A stretch of DNA of 64,000 bases, taken from contig OZ037765.1 in assembly GCA_964035545.1 (NCBI GenBank), positions 30,131,504-30,195,503 of the forward strand. The letters run 5' to 3'. Below, one piece after another: positions 34,001 through 47,380 of the stretch. Numbering within the stretch: position 1 is the first letter of the stretch; the number at the start of each line of letters is the position of its first letter. Made by a program: the position numbers and the translations under genes. This stretch comes from Bugula neritina. Taxonomy: Eukaryota; Animalia; Bryozoa. The notes beneath the pieces were generated by a model. It had not been told where the DNA came from, did not search any database, and worked only from the letters and a program-made list of their open reading frames with translations.

Positions 34001-37000
34001 AACCTACCTGTCACCTGGTAGGCTCTCTGCTAGTTTTGAGTTGCTATACACGGAATTCTCCCTGCCTTATGGTGCTACTCGCACAGCTGGGCAGATGCTT
34101 GCCTTGTTGATGTTCAGCACATAAATTCTGCATTCTTGATTGTCACTTGGACAAGACTCAACTCTCCTCTTCACTGAAAATTAACTCCACTGACAGTTTT
34201 TGCTGGAAATTTAATGCTGTGTGGTTGTTATGCAGCAGCAAATGGCGCTATAACAAGTACCTGCCCCTCATTGCCAACATGTATATGGTAATTCAACTTA
34301 CAAAGCTTAAATGGAACATTTAATTGAAATAGGCGCAGTAATGGAAAAATTGAAAAAGCCTGTGTTCTAGATTATGAATATAGCAAAAGAAGTTTTGTTC
34401 TCGCTGGAATTATCACCCACGCCCCAAATCAAAATTTAATATGAAAATTAAAGAACTTAGGCTATCTCAATTTCTCCACTACTGCTCCTAAATGATTTAA
34501 TACAATAGAAAGTTTTAGCCTATGACTGTGATTAACACATAATATACAAAATGAAAATCTCATAATATGGTGTTTTCATATACTAGTATTGTACCAGCTG
34601 GATATGGTAATATGATTCTACAATTAGAAAGCACTACCAGTTTTAGCTTTATTTGCTACTCTTAATCTGAGCTGAGGTTCTGAGTTGATTGTCTTATTTA
34701 AGTCTTCAGAAAGCTGAAATGAAGTCTCAGTTTGAGTTGACTGATGGAGAGAATAACTTTGAAGCATTGAGAGGCTAATAGCTGTTGTAACTCCACAATA
34801 TACTGGAATACATTTAGTAGTTTGAGTTCTAAGAGTACCTGGATCTTAGGCTACCTGGATTCACATAACTCAGTCTAATTAGTGTTTTTCTAGGCTACTA
34901 GTTTTGCTAAAATTGGCATAAATCTGACCAGAATTTCGAAATTTTGTAAGCAATAACAGTTTGAAATAGTAGCTCTTCTAGGTGTGTTTGATGTGGTAGT
35001 GCTCAAGTATTACCCATTATGTAAATGGTTGTTAGTAAATATGCTAATGCCTACTAACTGGAGTACATGAGAAAGTTTAGTCTGTCAAAGGCCATTATAT
35101 GTATAATTCTTGCAGTATTTATGTTTTGGCATCCATTTTATTAGTTTCTCAAATGGCTATAAAATTGTCTATAAATTTGTGTCAAGTATGTTTTTTGCTT
35201 GTCATATTTAATATTTTTGCGGAATTTAAGTTATTTAAAAACATCTTGTAATTAATAAAGGTATGGTATAGCTACCAGAAATAGAGAGATGATGACGGCT
35301 ATATAGATATGTCATGTGTGTACTAACTGTACATTCTGAGTTTTACGTAGACCTTTGAGCCAACCGATAATAAAATGCCAGTCTTGGTATCTTCTTAGCC
35401 AAAACTTACTTCAAGACACTCTTCCCACTTTTAATTACTGTTCAAATTTCTCTATTTCCTTCTTCAAAGTTTTGCCAACTTCTTAAATATTTTAGAGAAA
35501 ATTCACTTAAGAGAAAGTAATTTCATTTCGGATTAACGTAAGCCAGAGTGGCAAAATTTGTCACGCTTAAGTTTTTTGTCAAGTGGGTGTTTGACACAGT
35601 TCTATCATCTGTTGAAGACCCAACTAACTGTTGCCGTAATTTTTTGTGTGATTTCTTAACTGTATTGTCTGACGATGCCAAGTCTGATGTATAACTAAGA
35701 CAGCTTATGATTAATTAAATCGTCATTTGCCATGCGTCTTGTTAGGGTGAAAGAACAACTACGTAACCCTTAAAGTGTCGAAAAAGTTTTATTTCTAAGA
35801 ATTTTTTTTAAAACTATAGATAGATCAATTGTTGGTCTGTGTAATTATATGCAAGAGAGTTTTAAGGTTTTCCACTGTTTAATTCAAAAGGTATATTTGT
35901 AATTAGGCATTATATTTTGCTTCATTAATCCCTTTTGGATAGCTTCTGAAGTATATTATTATATTTGCCTTAAACACCTGCATGAAAAAAATGTAATTTT
36001 AAATTACCTGCAGCTAAGACATAAATATTTTTCTAGGGCTTCGTTTGCCTGCCCACCCACGCTAATATTAGATGACCAGGTTTAAGTAGGTAATGGATTG
36101 CCACTAATGCTATATTTCATAATTATTGCAGTTCTTCATAAAGCTGCAATATCAAGCAAGACTTCTGAGTTCAGATAACAATCAGTTGTCTACTTTGTTA
36201 CCCACCCTTCTCTCCAGAGATGCTAGCTATCAGGTAACTCTACTATTTACTGCGTTCCAGTGAATTACATCACTTGGTGCGTGCTACACCTGTCTATGAA
36301 TTATCATGCGATTCAACCATAGTTCAACGCCCACTTTAAAATATGTTCGCCATATATATTATAGCTATATTTATATTATTGTTACAGTGTGGTAATATTT
36401 TTTCTATATAGTGATATCATATGCTTTGATAGATTTATTATGAGGTCCATGTACAAGTGTCGTACAGTTACAGGTGATTGCAGGTGCTGTTTTACATGTC
36501 ATATACTAGTTGTATATAATGGGAGAGATATTTAATGATGCTCTAAGTTGTCATGATACAACAATGCTAATTTTTGGGACAGTTACTGAATGCTAATGAG
36601 ATTAAACTCAAGGCGTTGTTCACCAGCATACTAGAATGTTGTACCTGTGTGTATATACTTGTACACTCGTAGCGTATAGAGAATGCTCTGGTAGGGTGTA
36701 GCGTTGTGGCAAGTTGAAAATTTCTCCGTTAGGTGTGCCTAAATATGACTTTTCCTGGTGGAGGTAGAAGAAATTAATATACTATGTGGGGTTTAAATAG
36801 CATTCACCACTAATTAGCAGCGTTTAAACCTTTAAATATTCATTAGCACTAGCAATGTAAGAAATTATAGTTCTTTAATGATTTTTTTTAATTGTGTTTA
36901 AAACCCCTTAATTAACCCTCTAAAGGGTGTTTTATAGGTTTTTAAGAAAGTTAATTGGTTTTAAGAGCAGTTTCTGTATTGATTACTACTATTAACATAA

Positions 37001-40000
37001 TATTTCTAATACTAATAGATTCTTCTCTTCATACAGACTATGTTAAGTCATAGTTCTACAGTCTCCTAGCACTTTTATATCATTGGAAAAGTTGAGACTT
37101 CCTAATTCTAGCCAACGGAACGGTTTTTGTACTAAAAACCAAAACATATTCTTCAATAGCAAAAGCTTCCTCAACAGGTGTTCTCCACGTTGAATAACTA
37201 TTTACCATCATCTAACATAAAATTTATTTTCTAGTGCACATGTCTGTATGCTAGATAGATTTACTGGGTAGAATCCCACTAGCCATTCCAGTGATATAAG
37301 AAAGTGTGAAGGAACTTAGAAGACCTTCAAGTATATTTATGTGAATTTAGTTTTAATTGGCTCTTGAAAATAAGAATGAAGATGATTTGTTAACGGTCCA
37401 TTTTTTTCTTTTTAATTATAAAGCATAGTTTTCTATGTAAACCTTATTTTACTAAGTTACGTTCATCTTAAGACTCTTGGAATACCACCAGTTGCATATT
37501 ATTTAACAATTTACACCCTCATAATCAGTCAACGTACTCTATGTGTTTTGTGCTGTGTCCACTACCAATACTACATGCACTATACACACTACATGCACTA
37601 CTACTGCGACATGCACTATACACACTCCATATACTGCATACACTGTATGCACTACACTACCACCACTACATGCACTACTACCACTGCATGCAATGCATGT
37701 ACTACATCACTACATGCACTACTACCACTGCATGCAATGCATGTACTACATCACTACATGCACTACTACCACTGCATGCAATGCATGTACTACATCACTA
37801 CATGCACTACTACCACTGCATGCAATGCATGTACTACATCACTACATGCACTACTACTACTACATGCACTACATACATACATACACACATACATACATTA
37901 CATACACACATACATACATTACATGCACCACTACCACTACATACACTGCCACGATTTGTTACAAACTCATCTCTGTATTTCCAGCTACCGTCCTCCATAG
38001 ATGTAGATGACGTAGAGGATCTGGAATGTACTCTGTTCAACACAAGCATAGCCAACATATCTTCACTAGAAGATGAAATGCTCAAGTCTCTCACACACCA
38101 CGTCACCACTGATTTGAAGGCTAAACTAAGAACTTATGCTGACAATTCACAAAGCATGTATGTGTTGGATATACTAGTTCTCTATACTATAACTCTATGT
38201 CGAAACCTTTATTCAGCTGAAACATTAAATTATAATTATTTCAATGTAAAATAAATCTTACTACTTGTTATATACATCACCACATGACTGATATTGAACC
38301 CTTTGTCATTTCACTGCTAAAATGTGTGTTATATCAAGATATTTTTAAATAATTCCATGCAGGACCAGTTTTCATCCAAACAAAGGTTCAACTTCGTGAA
38401 GAAATGTTGCTTTTTAATCTTGAAATGTTTTTATGAGTTCACATTTTTTTACATAAACACATTTATGTTAATTATGTGAATTAAACAACTGTTACTCATA
38501 AGTTTTGATGGTTATAAATAGAATAATCTAATCCTTGGGGAATGCAAGCTCTTATCTTATAATAATTTTGTTTTTATCAGCACCTGGGACAGTTTCCTTT
38601 GGTGGATCTAATAGCATTATTAATAGTTACTTATCTACAAAATGTGAGTTACAAAATCATACCATATTAGGAAACAAAATTAATAATCATTAAGTTGACT
38701 AATGAAATCAAATCACATCTGCAGAGTTTATTTTTATCAAGTGTTAACTGGACTGTAAATTGTTGCACTAATTGCCCGAAATTCATCTGGTGGCTCCAGT
38801 TACCAATTATCAAATTTTTTTAATAGTTGGTGGCACAACCCAAATTTTTAATGCTAGTTTTCAACGTTTAGCGCATAAAAGCTCACTCAAGTTTATAGTC
38901 ATCATCCCTGTGAGAACCCCTGATGGAAAGGTTTTTTGTTAAAGCGGGCTTAGGACTTATTCAGATGTGGCATAGGAGCAATTATGACTGGATGCTCTTT
39001 TTAACATCACCAATGGCCTTTGTCCAAGCTCGAACCCATGACCACGTGCTTACTAAGCAAATGCTCTAACCCCAGACCACGGCTGCTCTCTTTAGCACAT
39101 GAATGGTGTCTATTATAACACTGACCAAGTAATATCTCAGCTTATTTAAACAATGTTAACAGTTTAAAATAATTTCTTGTTCTATCTTTTTTCTGTCGTA
39201 GGTGGACAGCGTTGTCTCATCTCAAGCACAAGGAGGAGCAGCATATGGTCACTCTGTCAGCCACAGCTTGTGACTTCATCATCTACCTTGAAAGCAGTTT
39301 GGTTTTGGGTTTCGAGGCTCTTCAGCAGCAACTATTTACTCAATTCTGGCAGCAAGTAGTACAGGAGCTGGATAGGCTTATATTTCATTTGGTATGCATT
39401 ATAGTTCATCATAATATTCTATTCTATGTAGTAGATTATCATATTATATTCTGTGTAGTAGTTTGTTACATTATTCTACTATCGTTCACAGGTATAATGA
39501 TAAAATATTGTATAAATACTATTCTAAGTTGCTGAGATAGCAACCGTCTTCATTAAGTCACTTTCAGTCTCAAACTAATTATTCATGCAAGTTTTCGACA
39601 TTTACATGTTACCCCATTATACCTGTAGACAGACATGGGTAGGTGTAGTCATATATAATCTACTATTAGCATACTCTGTAGTGAAGTTGATGAATGCCCT
39701 TTGCTGAGGTTTTGTGGAAATTGTCACCTGAATGTTCAGTGTTGACTCAACATCTGCTCAATGATTCGCTGAAGGATTTTCCTACTTCCTCCTCATAACA
39801 GCTGATTGGGTTAATTTCCTGAGACATTAGATAATGCTTTGTACACTTTCTCTTGGAAACAGTGCAGGGGGGGGGGGACTACACAAATGTTTTGTTAGCC
39901 ACACCTACTACACTGTTCTATTGAAGTTTAGAATTGTGTTAAATAATGTTCATAGTTTATAAGATAAAATATTTCAGTCACTATTTTTACGTTTGGTAAA

Positions 40001-42257
40001 ATGTTGGCCATCCAACTTAAAAACAAATAAAGCAGCATTTCTCTCAAGGTTAGACTAAATATTGTTAGTAGCTTTTAAAAAGCTCAGTGAATGAAGCCTT
40101 CTGTCTAAGGTTAGCTTGTTTCTCGTACCATCTTAGAGTTTCTTTAGACTGTCTTTACCTAGTTAATGGTTTTACAGATCATTTCCCAGCGTGCTTATAA
40201 TGATCTTCCGCCCACCGTTTCATTGAGTTTGATGTTGATATCCATATTCACTTGTATGCCTCATCAGCTAAGCTAGCTGTCTTGTGCTATCCAGTACTCA
40301 TTACTTTAATGAAGATTATGTTGCCCTTTCTATGTTTTGTAGGTCTGTATATATTTACTTCTGTTCTTAGGTAATCGCTGAGAATCACTTTAGCGAAGGT
40401 GGCGTTGTGCAATTCAAGTTTGATATGACCAGAAACCTCTTCCCAGTGGTTGGGAGGTACACGAGCAAGCCGGAAAATTTCCTTAAAATGTGAGTAATTT
40501 ATTCTAATTATTGTTTGACTCAAAAGTACTGAACAACTTGTGGTAGAACTGGTAGCTTCAGATTGCAGATTAACTTTATGTCAAAATGTGTTGAATCATT
40601 TGTGAAGAGTAGGTATAATATGATGAATAATAGGTGTAAGCGTACATAATCTAAGTATATACATCGGTATTATATGTTTATGTCAGAGCTTGCAACCTCA
40701 TTGTGGTGGCGTTTATTTGAGTTTCCCAATGCGTTTTGAAATTGTCTACAATTCTGTTACTTGGAATTTTTTGATGAAAGTTGATAATATGTCAAATTGG
40801 AATTGAACCATTCTAATGGCAGCAAAATGTGCCACTCGCGCTGACCTTACTAGAGAACTTCCGTAATGACTATGTACTGTTCACCGCAGCCTGTCAGCAT
40901 GTACTAAGCAAGATGCCACATTAGAGGGATTTCTCTACATACAGAAATAGTGGCCATTTTGTCCGGATTTCATACTTTGAAAATGCTGAATGGAAAGTGC
41001 GGATGGCTGGTTACTATTTAGCGAGACCATTTTTAGTTTTTCTACTTTAACAACAGGGTAATTACGCAAATTTTCTCAAGGCTGCTGTAATGCAGCAGAC
41101 GTAGCTATAGAAATAAAAGTCAAATGCAAATAGCTTGTAAATTTCCACTCTCACAAGAAACACATTGCAGGTAGGTAGCTTCCGCACATTTGGATTCACA
41201 GGCACGGCCTGTAATGGATTCATGGGTTCATCTGAAGATTGATTTATCTCCACTTGTATATAACTACGGGGTTATTTTATTTAGACTTTAACTACCTTCA
41301 AACATCAGCAGCAACAGTTTTCTGTACTTTATGGAACCAGAAGATACTCAGCGTTGTAGATTGTGACTAGGTTTTTCTTCAATCTGGAGACAGATATTGT
41401 TAGATCTCTCGTTGATATCTGCTATGGTGAAGGCATATCAGATTAAAGCTATGCTAATGTACTGCTTAGTTGATGAACTGCAATGTCAGTGGAAGAAGAT
41501 GCACACTTGAATTGACACTGCAATTGACGTCTGCTTCCCTACCCAGGCCAAGTTGGTAAGCACTGGAGGAGAAGCTGATGTTGCTAATGGGTGACCAGGC
41601 AGGCATTTAGCTTTAAATTCTCCATTTGTTGGGTCATCGTCAAGTTATTATCATATCTTCTCTTCCTTCATCCAACTGTCATGGTGATGAGGTTAAACCA
41701 AATTCCTTTCTCGCTATTCATTACCAAACAGGATGGCGAAGGTTTGGTGCTGGAAAATATCTGCACATCTGTGTTTCCATGCAGTCAACAGTCTGATTCA
41801 TTATAGTATTACTATTAGGCAATTTTATGTATCCAAGTTGACTTAATATTCTTTCCTCTAGCAGCAGACTCTGATTACTGTAAACTATATCGTCCATGGG
41901 TTCAAGACAGCACATAATAAGATAGCAGCATTAGTTTATCTGAGCCTTGTAGATAGCTTGGTTGAAGAGTTACCATAAAGCATACTCAAGAAGCCCTTCT
42001 GAATATCATGTTAGTTGAATAGTTGAACAAACCCATGTTTTGTTGGCAGGGTGAAGGAGTCTTGCCACCTGTTGTCTATGCAACTTGGAGATGCCTTATT
42101 ACTCAAGTCAGCTCTTGCGGACTCATTGCATAGCCTAAACTCCAAGACACCACAAGACCCTATTGCTACAATACAAGAACAGAACATATTTAAACTGGAT
42201 CCTGAAGAAGCGGAACTAGTCTTGAGTAGAAGAACTGATCTATTGCGAAATTACTGA
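22091..42257 (+). CDS. RINT1: RAD50-interacting protein 1 (RINT1/TIP20), ~789 aa
   Basis: 14 exons: 22091-22267, 24226-24467, 24736-24909, 26765-26917, 27477-27633, 28019-28148, 29070-29279, 30164-30304, 33498-33691, 36132-36233, 37985-38157, 39202-39391, 40371-40489, 42050-42257 (2370 nt, phases consistent). Motifs: WPF, [81 protein letters not shown]. Confidence 0.96.
22570..23137. mobile_element. Possible degenerate non-autonomous DNA transposon
   Basis: Imperfect inverted termini gcctggtcacatgg / ccacatgacctggc; no clear TSD. Confidence 0.3.
23360..23655. mobile_element. MITE-like element with TIR CATAGAGTTATCTTCT
   Basis: Perfect 16-bp inverted termini (23360-23375 / 23640-23655) with further imperfect pairing inside; no clear TSD. 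Confidence 0.7.
26918..27476 (+). other. U12-type (minor spliceosome) GT-AG intron in RINT1
   Basis: 5' site GTATCCTTTT. Branch-point TTCTTTAAC (27455-27463) ends 13 nt before the intron end at the only frame-compatible AG (27475-27476). No polypyrimidine tract. Confidence 0.88.
27259..27373 (-). mobile_element. Truncated copy of the SINE body found at 38889-39088
   Basis: Shares aagttta.agtca.cat...tgtgagaacccctgatgg.aaggttttt...agcaattatgactggatgc with the 38.9-kb copy. Confidence 0.75.
28282..28584. mobile_element. MITE with ~55-bp imperfect TIRs (cc.cctagacacact.tgccgta...cagccattttc)
   Basis: Left end 28282-28338 is the reverse complement of right end 28528-28584 with about 8 mismatches. 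Confidence 0.85.
30301..30378 (+). repeat. 30-bp tandem repeat that duplicates the RINT1 donor site
   Basis: actggttggt at 30301, actagttggt at 30331, actggttggt at 30361. Confidence 0.85.
33213..33369. mobile_element. ~155-bp MITE, copy 1 (TIR GG.GCAGTA.TGGAGAAATTGA)
   Basis: Self-inverted ends and full-length similarity to the reverse complement of 34332-34488. Confidence 0.8.
34332..34488. mobile_element. ~155-bp MITE, copy 2 (inverted relative to copy 1), TA-flanked
   Basis: ta|ggcgcagtaatggaaaaattga ... tcaatttctccactactgctcc|ta. Confidence 0.82.
37560..37950. repeat. 44-bp minisatellite (cactacatgcactactaccactgcatgcaatgcatgtactacat) with degenerate CAT/TAC flanks
   Basis: Units start at 37664, 37708, 37752, 37796 and 37840; lies just upstream of the RINT1 acceptor at 37984. 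Confidence 0.93.
38889..39088 (-). mobile_element. tRNA-derived SINE
   Basis: Minus-strand head gagcagccgtggtctggggttagagcatttgcttagtaagcacgtggtcatgggttcgagc carries A-box-like and B-box (GGTTCGAGC) Pol III motifs; the body is shared with 27259-27373. Confidence 0.75.
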
Positions 42258-43370
42258 TGATTTAATAATGATGATTTAATTATAATTTAAATTTTTTCTC
42301 ATTTTATGTATTTCTTACTTGTTTTGACTATTGCTCTTTGTCTGCTATTTTTCTAATCAGAAAGTCAATATTATATATGTGCTTTAATTATAATTCTATG
42401 AATATGACTTTTGAATTAGTCCATAGTTGTGAGTTCAAAAAATAAAGATACGGTATGCTGCTTTTAACCAACAGGTAGAACCTTGCTTTATATAACCTAC
42501 ACGTACCACTATAATATAAAAAAATAGGTTTCTTTCTTGTATTATTTATGGAAATAAAATATAGTATGTAAAGCTTTTAGTAAATTGGTAGATTATTTGA
42601 ATCTTTTGATTATGGAAAGCAAAATTAAATCAAATTAGGGCGTGCACTTTTGGCTGTACATTTCAATATAAGTTACACTTGCATATTATATACAGTTTCT
42701 AAGAATTGAAATATTATAGATCGATTCTCACATAAATAATTCTAGCAGAGGTTTTGTGGTTCCTTAGTTAAGCCTGCATGTAATGCCATATACACTGCTT
42801 GTATACTGGTTACACAATCCGCAGTAGTTATTGAACTAAAATATTTTACTGTTTAGTAAAAGTAAATTGTCATTTCTCAGAATTAGGTAGTATAATTTTA
42901 TACTAATTTGACTAGAATTGAACATGTTGCAATATATGCTATGTAGCTCTTAAGCATCAACGCTAAATGAATGTTTAATGATTTTGTTTTTTACCAATTT
43001 GGCAATGACATGGTGCAACTCGACATTGATGGTTAGTCATGCTTTAAGTTCCTGTGTGAAATTCTTATACCGTCATAGCCAGCCTATATTTAGTCGGCTG
43101 GGGTATCTGCTCTCCGCGGTTCACTGGTCACCTCTCTGCTTCTGCTGAATAACAGCTCAGCTATTCGTGAATCAAGGTGATTATCTACCAGAACTGAACC
43201 TAGTTCTTTAGAAGCGTGTTTATGGTCAAAACCTGTACCACCACACGAATCATGTAAGACAACCACACTTCTGCTGATATCACCGATGGCTGTCCTTTAG
43301 CTGCAAGAAGTCACACTTTGGGAATGTGATTTAAAACTTTTTACCAGCTGAATCATTTTATTAAATGAGA

Positions 43371-43586
43371 GGGTGTTCGGTAAAATTGGCACAGGTAAAA
43401 ATGGCACAGGTAGTAATGGCAAAGTAGGTAAAAATGACACATTTTCAATATTAGGGTTTGAGTGTTTGGGATGGGGGGGTTTAGGTTTGGGAAAATTTAA
43501 CACCAGTGTGCCATTTTTACCTACTTCTCCTTTTGTGCCCCTTTTACCCCGTGCCCTTATTACCTGTGGCATTTTTACCTAAAATC
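43371..43586. mobile_element. Non-autonomous Mutator/MULE-like foldback element with 9-bp TSD
   Basis: Perfect TSD TAAATGAGA at 43362-43370 and 43587-43595; long imperfect TIRs built from 15-bp ggtaaaaatggcaca subrepeats. Confidence 0.9.
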
Positions 43587-46539
43587 TAAATGAGAAATAC
43601 TTGGGTGTCTATTTTTAAGTTGAGTTTTGTAGATGATCAACTTCTCTTTTACAAGAAATTTATAGAACAAAAGCTATGCAAAATAAGTCGCTTCTTTACA
43701 GAGGTAGAAAAAAAGTTTGCTTCTGTTAAATGTCATCCTTTGAAAATATGTGGTTTGACCTGAAAATGTCGCTTGAATTAGAAAAATGGTTGATCAAAGA
43801 ATCGTGTATTTTGACAGACATCTTTGTGCAAAAAGTGAGTTGGCAGTTCCAGTTTATGGAGCATCAATCAAATAAAATCTAATAATTCTATCATAATTAT
43901 ATTTCAGATTTTATTTTATGACTACATAAATGGTATGAGCTCTACAATAAAAAAGATTATACATCACATGCATCATTTAATCCTTAAATTGGTTGGAGAC
44001 TTGTAATTTATTGTTGGCATGAAATCGATGTTGGCGTTTATACTTTCTTTATAATTGTTACTACAACATTGGCCTGGTAGGATGTGCTTGCTTTTGCTGT
44101 GCTAGAAAAAATTAATGCTGTTTGTTTCTTATTTCATCTTGACCATTGATTTTTACAATTACCAGCTGCTCAAAATAAAGCTGGTCAAGTTTAAATTTTA
44201 CCCAATTTTAATTGTCTCAACTGTTCTTGGTTGTATGTTAAGTTCAAGTTATAAGAATGATACTAAAGATTTTATAACTAAATTAAGGCATATATGACTT
44301 TTTATATCAGTTAAAATGATGTATTTGATGTTTTAAAATCTAAGAAAACACTCGCATTACAAAAAAAATTTTCATGCAATTTTCAAGTTTTAAAATGGTT
44401 TTCTGATCTCATTGTTGTTTAACTAATGAATTTAGAGAAAAATGCAGTTTTTAAATAAATTGATGTGATCTTATAACGGATAGAAATAACAAAAACATAT
44501 CAATTTAAGCAAAATTTTATGTATTCAGTTATTTATTTTATGATCATGCTGTAGCATTAAGTGAATAAGCTTTATTGGGTGTTACTAGGTTGAGCTGTAG
44601 TGAGAGAGTGACAAACAACATGTACATAAAGCATTAGCTTTTTCTCCTAAAGCCTGTATTACAACAATAATGCTATAATACAACACGTGCCTTGAGACTA
44701 ACTGCCACCACTTCTAGTCCAGCTGTAAGAAATTGTTTTCTAAAACTGAAATAAAATAAGATATTCTGTTTTTTTATTATAAATAGGTGGCATCTCATTT
44801 TTCAAGAATGTATGATTATCAAGAAGTTTATTTTATCTATTTGTATGTAAGATATTTATTTATTTGTAAAACTCTGTAATATTCTCGTACTTCATTCTGA
44901 GAAAGTATAAGTATAATAGTTCAGCCAGTAAAATAGTCCTGCCTGAGCAGTAGTTATGGTGATAATTGTGTAAATAAAGAATTGCTACCTGTAAGGTAAG
45001 TGCTAAGGTATATTTATATTACATCATCGAAAGTTATTTGCATTCAAGAACAAATACGTCAATAGTCGACAATACCTATGTAAGTTAACTTTATGTTGAG
45101 AAAATCTTTGAAGGACTTTATAATACCGATATTTGGCTGGAACAAGTTGTTTGAAAGTTTGAATAGGTTTCCTACTTGCATGGAATTTCTCTTATCTTAT
45201 ATTTTATCTTGTACTCTGTACAATAGTGCTGTTATACAAGCTTTAAAACTTTTACTTGTAGACTAAAGCTGAAGATATATTTCCATTATAATTGCCTAGA
45301 GCTCGTAGGTTCTAAAATATGAGGTAATAATCCAAGCATTAAACTAGCTAAGTGTGCTCTTATGGCGCTAATCCTTCTCGCTGCTAGCAAGAAAATGTAA
45401 GACTCTAGTCTCTACTCCCGAACATCTTCAACTTGCAAGAGATGGAGCCTACCAATTTTTCTTCTACAACCTCTTTATTTTCTCAAAGTGGTAAGTGGCA
45501 TTAAAACCTGAAGTTTCAAATGAATTTATTTTTAAATTAAGTGTTTTGCTTTAAAGAATATAATATGAGAATCTTATATATTAAACTTCCATATTTAGCA
45601 GTGTAGCTTTTTTGGGATTATAAGTCTTTTTTATTTTCAAATTGAATGTTGTGCACCTGACGTGGTATACAACCAGTAAACCCTATTCAAAATTCTTCCA
45701 CTTGGGTCAACTTGTTGTTCCATTTCCCCAGCACATTTGTTATTTAAAACTGTCTCTCATCAATATGCTATTTGATTCATTGTGATATGTTTCGTATCTA
45801 CTTAAGAAAAATGGTTATGAGTCATTGAATATTTCACCTTGTAAACGCATATTAACCAGAGTGAGGAATTTGCTACTAAAAATAGTCTATAATACTGTGC
45901 AAGGTGGTATTGATAGTATGAGTTCCAAAGCAGGTTTTATGGGTGTTTTTGACTGTGAAAAGTGACTGCCTCCCAACCTGTTGTTTGCTGCATGAATGTG
46001 TTATTTTTTAATTTCTATGATATTAAGAAGTTACATTGTTTTGGTTTTAGGAGAAGAATGTCCGATTTCAGGATTATCCAACAACAGCTACAATTTTTAC
46101 ATAATGCATAATATATTATATGGTTTGCTAAAAGGCCTAACCACAAAGTTTCAGCTAGATGTGGATTCAAGTGAATTTCCATTTCGTTCGCCCATAGTGC
46201 TAGCCACTGATAATACAATTTTTGACTCAACTGTGCATCACCTTTGAGTCTGGGAGACTTATGATGAGAAGATGCAATATTTGAAAAGATCTCATGAGTG
46301 TAATACCACATTAGTACAGTGCCTAAGTGCTTTACAATAGAAATACACTATTGTACTATAGACAATCATATTATATCTGTAATCAATTCTCTTCTAATTC
46401 CCCAGACAATATACTAGAGCCCATAATTCTAACCCTGAACCGACATTGTTATGTTCCTAAAATTTCCATATGACCACAGAAACGCATGCATACTCACATT
46501 GTTTTTGCAAATTACTGACGACAGTGTTCTGTTATTTCC

Positions 46540-46835
46540 TCTGATTGGTTGCATGACTTGGTGAGATGTGTGGATGGTTGCCATGGAAACGCATTATGAT
46601 GATTGTAATCAACGCTTTTTATTCTTCACCACTACTTATAGGGTTTTAGTTTAAGATATGATACAGCTGAACTAAGTTAGGACAGAGGGTTTTATCCCGA
46701 AATACGTACAAGTATATATTTCGGATAGCGCCGGCCGCTAACACACTAAACTTCTCTGTTAAATAGGCTGGACCTTAAGCTTTGCTAAAGCATTTACAGA
46801 AATATTTGGATTAATACAACACTCGGTACTCAGAG
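46540..46835 (+). promoter_or_regulatory. Candidate TATA promoter and non-coding first exon of the collagen gene
   Basis: Reverse CCAAT (ctgattggtt ~46541), TATA-like gtatatatt ~46712, GC-rich spacer, possible start ~46742, donor AG|GTAGGT at 46836, acceptor at 47781-47782 before the ATG at 47799. Confidence 0.5.
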
Positions 46836-47144
46836 GTAGGTTGCTATCAAGTATTATAAGACCAGATACCAGTGTGTTAGAGGTTTTAACTTGAAATCAC
46901 ACAAGTTTGGAACAGGTGAACAGGGATTTTGTTTTGAGTCGTTTACTAAAACTTAATCATTCTGTAAAGATGGATGGTTGTTGAAAAGATGGATGAGTGG
47001 TGAGAGTAGATTGTGGATTATGGCTCCCTGTACCTGTTATTACTGTACAACATGTTAAGTTGAGGATTATCAGTTGGGATAATTATCTAATCTGTAAGCC
47101 TTTGCAGGCACCACGCACTTCTTGGTGCTAACTTTTCTTTTCTC

Positions 47145-47380
47145 TAAGTTACAGTATGCGTAAGTTGTAAAAGTAAATTTTAAAGGTAAGTTATAAAAGT
47201 AAGTTTTGTGAATAAGTTCTAAAAGTAAATGCCAGTATGCAAGTTCTTTGAGTAAGTTACAGTACAAAAGTTCTGTGGGTAGAAGTAAGTTTTAAAAGTA
47301 AATTCTGTAAGTTCTTTATAAAAAAGTACTAGAAGTAAGTACTAGAAGTAAGTGCTGTAAGTAAGTGCTGTAAGTAAGGG
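47145..47380 (+). repeat. Degenerate AAGTAAGT simple-repeat tract
   Basis: About 11 GTAAGT hexamers within ~220 bp. Confidence 0.75.

Noticed and set aside
37541-37984. His/Cys/Thr-rich ORFs in three frames
   Set aside because: 44-bp minisatellite; only 37985-38157 is a real RINT1 exon.
41300-41960. Possible nested gene or transposase remnant in the last RINT1 intron (also 32560-32880 and 35340-35730)
   Set aside because: Coding-like composition but multiple stops and no motif I can recognise; needs BLASTX against a repeat protein library.
43297-43582. ORFs with GK repeats on both strands
   Set aside because: They lie in the TSD-flanked foldback element and reflect its 15-bp subrepeats.
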